From Acaryochloris thomasi RCC1774 (GTDB lineage: Bacteria; Cyanobacteriota; Cyanobacteriia; Thermosynechococcales; Thermosynechococcaceae), in assembly GCF_003231495.1 (NCBI RefSeq), contig NZ_PQWO01000012.1:1-32000 (forward strand): a stretch of DNA of 32,000 nucleotides. Direction: 5' to 3'. The position numbers and the translations under genes were made by a program. Position 1 is the stretch's first letter. Each line of letters begins with the position of its first letter. The notes beneath the pieces are model-generated. The model did not search any database. It was given only the letters and a program-made list of their open reading frames with translations, and was not told where the DNA came from. Shown here in pieces: positions 26,411 through 32,000 of the stretch.

Positions 26411-26764
26411 TTACGACTTTGCGATTGCTCTTTCCAAGAGTAAATTGAGAGCAGTCCGAACGCCAATGATAATGGCTAAGCGTCCGATATCTTCCCACTG
26501 ACTCGAAATCATGGTTTTGAGAATGGTGGCTCCAATTAAAAAGCTGAGTCCCAAAGAGAAGGAGTAGCCCATTTCTAGACGACTCTGCTGAAAAGCAGTT
26601 TGAGTGTGGGGCTGCAGAAAAGCATTTTTAAGGAAGATAAAGAACGCTTTGACCACACCCGTCAAAATCACGAATAGAGCCAATAGCTGACACACGCTGG
26701 TCAAAATACCATTGAGGATAACAACAGTAATCTCTAAACTCATCGAAACGGATTCAATCGTCAT
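26411..26764 (-). CDS. Small polytopic membrane protein, DUF1622-like
   Basis: 117 aa with an ATG start and 3-4 hydrophobic helices (VVILNGILTSVCQLLALFVILTGVV...YSFSLGLSFLIGATILKT...). It is embedded between MscS genes with gaps of 23-27 nt. The DUF1622 assignment is from memory. Confidence 0.65.
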   Translation of the reverse strand: MTIESVSMSLEITVVILNGILTSVCQLLALFVILTGVVKAFFIFLKNAFLQPHTQTAFQQSRLEMGYSFSLGLSFLIGATILKTMISSQWEDIGRLAIIIGVRTALNLLLERAIAKS

Positions 26765-26791
26765 GGCTTATCGCTGTCCTATACGCTGTGC

Positions 26792-27727
26792 CTACTGACC
26801 CAGATATTGACTATTCCCCTGATTGGTGAGGCTCACGTTAAAGGTTGGTGTTTCGACTAGATGGAATGTCGCAGAAGCCAAAGCAACCTGCCCATCTGTC
26901 TTGTCAATCTCATCTAAGATTTGGGTAAACAAGAGATCTTTCGTGATGCGGCGCTTCTTGAAGTTGACAACGTAGCGAATCGTGAACTCCATCCAGTTAT
27001 CGTTGGCCAGCAGAGTGACGGTGGGTTCGACTTGGGCATCTTCAATCAAAAACTTTTTGACCATCTGATTCCAGTGCTTTTGAGCTTTGGCTGAGTATTC
27101 GCCGACCTGCTCTTTAGCAACCTGCTGCAAGATTCGACGGGCCAAACGATGGTCGCAGCCATATTTGACCGGAATTGTAATCTCGTCCCACAGAAACGGG
27201 AAGTCTCTAGAGTAGTTGTAGACGGGTTCCTTGAAGACAAAGCTATTGGCCACTCGGACAATCCGGCCACTGTAGAGATCGGCCTTTACCCAGGCTCCAC
27301 ACTCCATGAGCGTCGTGCGCAAAATGCTGATGTCAATCACGTCTCCGGTAATGCCGCCAACCTGAACGCGATCGCCCGGTCGGTAGAACTGCCCCAGCGA
27401 AATCGCGGACCAGCCCGCTAAGCTGGCAATCACCTCCTGTAGTGCAAAGGCAATTCCGGCACCCACGACGCCAAAAATCACCGTCAACTGGCCAAGACTG
27501 TCGCTAAATACGCTGGCCGCGAACAACAGCATCAGCAGATAGCTCACTAAAGTAACTAGCTTACGAGAGCGATAGCGGGTATCAGCACCTCGAATGTAGT
27601 GAGAGAGTGAGGCGCTAATCGCTCGAAAGATAATTGTGATGACGATGATGCCAATTAGAACCTCTGCAAGCTGGGGGAGAAAGGGGTGAGCGAGAAGCGG
27701 CCTCAATGGTTCAAGAAATTGCTGCAT
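26792..27727 (-). CDS. Mechanosensitive channel (MscS family), 311 aa
   Basis: GAGIAFALQEVIASLAGWSAISLGQFYRPGDRVQVGGITGDVIDISILRTTLME is an MscS pore-helix/beta-domain signature, preceded by three TM helices. Confidence 0.85.
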   Translation of the reverse strand: MQQFLEPLRPLLAHPFLPQLAEVLIGIIVITIIFRAISASLSHYIRGADTRYRSRKLVTLVSYLLMLLFAASVFSDSLGQLTVIFGVVGAGIAFALQEVIASLAGWSAISLGQFYRPGDRVQVGGITGDVIDISILRTTLMECGAWVKADLYSGRIVRVANSFVFKEPVYNYSRDFPFLWDEITIPVKYGCDHRLARRILQQVAKEQVGEYSAKAQKHWNQMVKKFLIEDAQVEPTVTLLANDNWMEFTIRYVVNFKKRRITKDLLFTQILDEIDKTDGQVALASATFHLVETPTFNVSLTNQGNSQYLGQ

Positions 27728-27750
27728 TGTGAGGTTGAGTAATATATCAG

Positions 27751-29532
27751 TTACGGAGAGGGGGGATTGGAAGACTCGTCGACCGGCGGATGATGATCCT
27801 GTTTGAAGAAGTTTGCCAGCGGCGAGATCCGAAATCCAGGGACTTGATAGTCCTTCGGGAAATACTCTTCTGGGACCGCCAGTTGATTGCCATCGCGGGC
27901 GGCAGAATAGTGCGGCGACAAAATTTCGATGCCGACCTCATTGCACTGATCCTGTAGATGCTGATGCAGCTCTGAGTAAATCTTCGCCATGATCGCTGGG
28001 TTTCGGGTGTAGGCGTTGAGTTCATAGCTGACGTAAAAGTCATCCAGGCTCGTCTGGAGCACAAAGGGAAGCGGATCTTCCAGGATGTGTTCGGTGGCCT
28101 GAGCCGATTTGATCAAGACCTTATGTACTTTACGCCAGGGCACGTCGTAACCCAGCGTAATCGTCGTGTGCAAAATCAGCGGGGGCGTCTTGGGATCGCG
28201 GACCGAGCCACTGTAGTTGATAATGTGGCTCCCCAACACCATGGCGTTCGGGATAGTGACGATCACGTTCTTAATGGTGTTGATGCGGGTGACCAGCAGG
28301 GTTTTTTCCACCACATCGCCGATAGAGTCGCTAATTTTGACGCGATCGCCCACCACGAAAGCCCGCGAATAGGTCAAGATGATCCCGGCTACAAAGTTCG
28401 CCACCGCGCCACTGGAACCTAGGGAAAACAGCACGCCGATGAAGACTGAAATCCCCTGAAAAGCTGGCGTTTGGGCACCTGGCAAGTAGGGGAAAGCAAT
28501 GGTGGCGGCGAGGGCAATCACTACAAAACGCACCAGGTTGTAGGTCGGCTTTGCCCATTCAGGATAAAAGCCTGGGATATTGATGACACCACGGCGAATT
28601 TGAGTGAAGAAGAACCGGATCAGCCGCAGGGTATAGTTCGTTAGGACGATAATCAGCCCCAAGAAGAATAGATTGGGTAGGTAGGTGACAATCTGCCCCC
28701 AAAATCGCTCCAGAGTCCAGCCCATGAACTTAAAGAGTCGCCGTGCCGCTCCCTGAGTCCAGGGGAAAAAGCTCAGAATCAGGTTGAGGTAGATGATCCC
28801 GAGTAGTACAAAGACCGTGAGCCTTAGAAGCTTGAGTACCTCTGTTAGGACATCAACCACGCGGTCAGCCGGAACGATCTCAGCCCTGAACAACCGCAGT
28901 CCCCGGATGCGATTGCCCTGCCAGGTTCTGAGATTACGGTTGAGGATGGCGATACTGCGGTTGGCGAGGGTGAAGAGGCCCACGGTGACGATGGTGAGCA
29001 GCGTGGCATACAGCAGCCCCAGCAAAATGTTCTGAAGTTGAAAAGACTCTCGGTAGGCTTGGACGGCGGCTTTAATATCGCTCAGATTGGTCTCTGCAAG
29101 CTGCTGCCGGGTGGTGTTGGCGGCTTTTGCATCGGCATCTAAAATCGTGACGAGGGTTTCGTTGTCGATTCTGATATCTGTGGTTTGCGTCTGCTGGTTG
29201 TCAACAATCGTCAGCGCGTCAACTTTGAGATCGTTGCGTTTTGCCAGCTTTAGTAAGCGTTCTGAAATAGTTTGGGCCCGAAACTTGGGCGAAAAAGACC
29301 CCACCCCGGCTTTAATTTCAAAGAGCTGCTTCCCCTGCAGAACCACCCAAGACTCTAATGACTCTGGCATTGTGATTACGCCCGTGGGTACCGGTTCTGG
29401 CGAGATCGCAGGTGCCGCAGAGGGCGAGGGGCTAGGGTCGGACTGAGCTAAGGCCGGAGGGCAAAGGGTGAGTGCGATCGCAAGTAAAGCACCCCAAAAT
29501 CGAGCACGACCGAGCCAGGAAGGAAGCATCAT
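27751..29532 (-). CDS. Large mechanosensitive channel (MscS family), 593 aa, with a signal peptide and an N-terminal periplasmic domain
   Basis: The signal peptide MMLPSWLGRARFWGALLAIALTLCPPALA is followed by a Pro/Ser linker, a soluble domain of about 150 aa, TM helices, and the MscS core GSSGAVANFVAGIILTYSRAFVVGDRVKISDSIGDVVEKTLLVTRINT. Confidence 0.85.
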   Translation of the reverse strand: MMLPSWLGRARFWGALLAIALTLCPPALAQSDPSPSPSAAPAISPEPVPTGVITMPESLESWVVLQGKQLFEIKAGVGSFSPKFRAQTISERLLKLAKRNDLKVDALTIVDNQQTQTTDIRIDNETLVTILDADAKAANTTRQQLAETNLSDIKAAVQAYRESFQLQNILLGLLYATLLTIVTVGLFTLANRSIAILNRNLRTWQGNRIRGLRLFRAEIVPADRVVDVLTEVLKLLRLTVFVLLGIIYLNLILSFFPWTQGAARRLFKFMGWTLERFWGQIVTYLPNLFFLGLIIVLTNYTLRLIRFFFTQIRRGVINIPGFYPEWAKPTYNLVRFVVIALAATIAFPYLPGAQTPAFQGISVFIGVLFSLGSSGAVANFVAGIILTYSRAFVVGDRVKISDSIGDVVEKTLLVTRINTIKNVIVTIPNAMVLGSHIINYSGSVRDPKTPPLILHTTITLGYDVPWRKVHKVLIKSAQATEHILEDPLPFVLQTSLDDFYVSYELNAYTRNPAIMAKIYSELHQHLQDQCNEVGIEILSPHYSAARDGNQLAVPEEYFPKDYQVPGFRISPLANFFKQDHHPPVDESSNPPSP

Positions 29533-29919
29533 AGTGTCAGCTCATACGGGGCACAAAATCTTACTTTAGCGTCCTACAACACGCACCTGAATCCAACTCT
29601 ATCCTGGTCTGCTAGAGCCAAGTAGACATCAAGTGTCGTCAGCGCTGGCTGCTGCCCCATATGCGTTAAACAGAAGAAATCCTTAAATTCGGCTATCCAA
29701 GCCCTGCTCTATCTCAGGACTGATGGCAGATCACAAATTTCTACGTTTCAATAGAGATAAGGGCTTTGACTTGTGAGTAGTCAGGGCGCATCTTTCGCTT
29801 ATTCTTCTCTAACTTTTCGTCAAACGAACGGTCGTTTTCTCTACTGAACGCCACTCCCCTACGGGTACCTCATCATGACCTACACCATCCCCCAGGCAGC
29901 TGGCTGGGACTCGCCAGCC

Positions 29920-30972
29920 ATGCCATCTAAATCTCGATCTTGGCTGCAATCTCTAAAACGCTTCGGTCGACTATCCTATGACATTGGGATTGATTTAGGA
30001 ACATCAAACACGGTGATCCATATTCCTGAGCAGGGCATTGTGGTGCGCGAGCCGTCGATCTTGGCGATGCAGGCAGAAACGCAGGAGCCACTCGCCATCG
30101 GTGCCGGTGCGCGGCAGATGCTGGGACGCAATGCCAGCGATGTGAGGGTAGAACGTCCCATCTGTAATGGTGTGGTGGCTGAATTTGATCTGGCTAAGCT
30201 GATGCTGCAGCACTTCTTGGAGCGGGCTGGCGCTCGCGTCTTGAATCCGCGCATTGCCGTTGGCTGCTCCAGTGGCGCTACCGAGGTCGAACGCTGGGCC
30301 TTGACTGATTTAGTACTACAGACCGGCGCGCGCAAAGCCTATCTAATTGACGAGCCAATTGCCGCCGCAATCGGAGCGGGTTTGCCGGTTAATCAACCCA
30401 TGGGTAACTTGATTATTGATATGGGTGGGGGAACTACTGAAGTCTCCGTTGTCAGCCTGTTGGGCATCGTGGCCAATGCTGCGATCCCGATTGCGGGGAA
30501 CAGTCTGGACCAAGCAGTTAAAGACTATTTTCGACACACCCACGACCTGCGTATTGGGGAGTTGATGGCTGAGAGTCTGAAGATCAAGTACGGCTCTGCG
30601 GTGCCGGATAATGCCCTCGACAATACCCCTGTTGAAGTCGTGGGCCTGCTGTTGCGTACGGGGCTTACAGGAACCGTCAAAATTCAGCGCGGGGATCTAC
30701 GGGCTGCCCTAGCTAAACCCTTATCGGCCATTGTGAAGACCGTTAAACAGGTTCTGGGTCAAATTTCGCCAGAGCTGATGTCTGATATTTGCGATCGCGG
30801 TTTGTTATTGACTGGGGGCGGCGCTCTGATCCCCGGTCTTGACGCGCTGCTGCGTCAAGAGATGGGCCTGATGGTTCACATTGTCGAGAATCCGCTCGAC
30901 AGCGTGGCGATTGGAGCTAGTTCGGCTCTGCAAAATCGTCACTACGAAAACGTTCTTCATTTGGCCTCTTAA
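29920..30972 (+). CDS. mreB: MreB/Mbl-family actin-like ATPase
   Basis: The ATG at 29920 gives MPSKSRSWLQSLKRFGRLSYDIGIDLGTSNT, a typical MreB N-terminal length. An alternative ATG lies at 29875. Phosphate-1 DLGTSNT, phosphate-2 DMGGGTTE and adenosine motif LTGGGALIPGLD are all intact. Confidence 0.8.
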   Translation: MPSKSRSWLQSLKRFGRLSYDIGIDLGTSNTVIHIPEQGIVVREPSILAMQAETQEPLAIGAGARQMLGRNASDVRVERPICNGVVAEFDLAKLMLQHFLERAGARVLNPRIAVGCSSGATEVERWALTDLVLQTGARKAYLIDEPIAAAIGAGLPVNQPMGNLIIDMGGGTTEVSVVSLLGIVANAAIPIAGNSLDQAVKDYFRHTHDLRIGELMAESLKIKYGSAVPDNALDNTPVEVVGLLLRTGLTGTVKIQRGDLRAALAKPLSAIVKTVKQVLGQISPELMSDICDRGLLLTGGGALIPGLDALLRQEMGLMVHIVENPLDSVAIGASSALQNRHYENVLHLAS

Positions 30973-31672
30973 CTTGAGGGGAGCGCAGTTTCTGGAGCTT
31001 CAGCAGCGTGACGCAGATGCTTAACCACAGAAAGCCAATGCCATAGCCGCCCATAATATCGGTGGGCCAGTGAACCCCGAGATACAGCCGACTGAGGCCA
31101 ATAGTGCTGATCAAGAGACTGGCAAGACTGTAGAAGACCACTGAAAATCGAGGGTAGAGGGTGGCTAACACATAGGCAAGAAATCCATAGAGGATCATCG
31201 ATCCCAGTGCATGACCGCTGGGGTAGCTAAAGGTTGTTTCGTTGATCAGCTGCGGCCATAGCTGAGGACGAACTTTGCCGAAGACGAGCTTGAGTCCAAT
31301 ACCCAGAATGGCTCCACCGATGCAGTTCAGACCAAAAACATAGGCTTCAGCTCGATGGCGCTGCCACCAGAGCCATGCAAAGCTGCCCACTGAAACCGGC
31401 ACGACAATCACAGGATTGCCAAGGTGGGTAATCGTGAGCATCACAGCATCCAATGTTGGATTGGCAAACTGGTGAATCCAGAGCAGTGTGGTTTGATCAA
31501 AGGCAAAAGCTTCTTGCTCTAGCACTTCGTTAGAGAGCTTTGCGATCGCAACCAGAACGAGCAAACAAGTGCCTAGCCCCACCGTGCCCAGTGTCGCGAC
31601 CAGAGTTCTCAAAGGGGAATGAAAGCTGCGGACCCAAATATTGGCAAGCCTCTTCAGCACTTGTTCAGGCAT
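30917..31672 (-). CDS. PAP2-family membrane phosphatase (phosphatidic acid / undecaprenyl-diphosphate phosphatase-like)
   Basis: 251 aa with the three PAP2 motifs KLVFGKVRP, YPSGHA and SRLYLGVHWPTD. Its 3' end overlaps the mreB-like 3' end by 56 bp. Confidence 0.85.
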   Translation of the reverse strand: MPEQVLKRLANIWVRSFHSPLRTLVATLGTVGLGTCLLVLVAIAKLSNEVLEQEAFAFDQTTLLWIHQFANPTLDAVMLTITHLGNPVIVVPVSVGSFAWLWWQRHRAEAYVFGLNCIGGAILGIGLKLVFGKVRPQLWPQLINETTFSYPSGHALGSMILYGFLAYVLATLYPRFSVVFYSLASLLISTIGLSRLYLGVHWPTDIMGGYGIGFLWLSICVTLLKLQKLRSPQVKRPNEERFRSDDFAEPN

Positions 31673-31771
31673 TAATCAGTAGAAATCTCTTAACGGCAGC
31701 CTTGACGCACTCATATCAGGCAACCCCCACCCTAACAGGATTTTCAGAAAGGATAAAATCGCCACAGGACT

Positions 31772-32000
31772 TTATCCACGGCGCTGGGGGTAGGGTTCGT
31801 TCACTAGAATCACAGAGCCAGAGAGCTGCTCTAAAAGCGTTCGGGTGCTGGTTCCCATGCGAAAACCGTTGCTGAATTGACGTTGCGATCGCAACATCAC
31901 TAAATCATAATCCTCTGCAACCCGAGCAATTACAGCCATCGATGCATCTTCTACAATCACTTGAATCTGCAGTTCACCCCCGGCAGTCGGTAACCGCGCC
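31772..32000 (-). CDS. Universal stress protein (UspA-like) C-terminal part; the ORF is open at the right edge
   Basis: The frame is open from 32000 down to the stop at 31772. ...VIVEDASMAVIARVAEDYDLVMLRSQRQ...GTSTRTLLEQLSGSVILV resembles a USP C-terminus (DLIVMGSRG...GSVS...PVLIV) with a degraded glycine motif. Confidence 0.5.
   Translation of the reverse strand, partial: ARLPTAGGELQIQVIVEDASMAVIARVAEDYDLVMLRSQRQFSNGFRMGTSTRTLLEQLSGSVILVNEPYPQRRG

Larger units (their letters stand above)
3236..31892. repeat. Dispersed HIP1 (highly iterated palindrome) octamers GCGATCGC, at least 20 exact copies
   Basis: Exact copies start at 3236, 3675, 4840, 7431, 7668, 9251, 9646, 11990, 17492, 19091, 22056, 25100, 25478, 25602, 27368, 28342, 29474, 30791, 31542 and 31885. 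They were counted by eye, so more may exist. Confidence 0.9.

Noticed and set aside
25981-26466. 161 aa alternative-frame ORF spanning the MscS-299 5' end and the DUF1622 3' end; also 26050..26397 + and 27747..28064 -
   Set aside because: They overlap well-supported MscS frames. Their compositions are Arg/Gly/Ser-rich and not membrane-like.
1-32000. Search for CRISPR arrays, transposases, integrases, toxin-antitoxin pairs or known defence genes
   Set aside because: I saw no regularly spaced direct repeats. No ORF has recognisable transposase, recombinase, nuclease or defence-system motifs. The window looks like core or shell chromosome rather than a mobile or defence island.

Overview
This 32 kb window looks like cyanobacterial chromosome. 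It holds at least 20 exact HIP1 octamers (GCGATCGC), where about 0.5 would be expected by chance, plus bciB, pstSCAB and DUF1400 genes. I support about 31 protein genes, one tRNA-Leu(UAG), a candidate Pho box and a few repeats and hairpins. All domain calls come from reading motifs by eye, not from searches. I saw no transposase, integrase, CRISPR array, rRNA or recognisable defence genes.

Gene order, left to right:
- RTX calcium-binding repeat protein (open at the left edge), then a 1 kb AT-rich non-coding gap
- multi-GAF protein with a degenerate histidine-kinase core
- thrB, divergent from a threonine-synthase-fold (cysteate-synthase-like) PLP enzyme plus a GH3 amido-synthetase pair
- tRNA-Leu, an orphan ABC solute-binding lipoprotein, a PRC-barrel protein and a LapA-like protein
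- pstSCAB (minus strand) with a Pho-box-like array
- small conserved protein plus a CHAD protein
- CPBP protease, bciB and ylqD
- three DUF1400 paralogs, one fused to an alpha/beta hydrolase, then a TPR protein
- a five-gene, all-membrane channel operon: MscS-593, MscS-311, DUF1622-like, MscS-299 and bestrophin
- MreB-like protein, PAP2 phosphatase and a partial USP

The best candidates for undescribed biology are:
1. the PLP-enzyme/GH3 operon next to thrB, a possible pathway for a non-canonical amino acid conjugate
2. the tightly packed MscS x3 / DUF1622 / bestrophin operon
3. the secreted DUF1400 triad sharing a VCDCxP motif
4. the small-protein/CHAD pair facing the Pho-regulated pst operon
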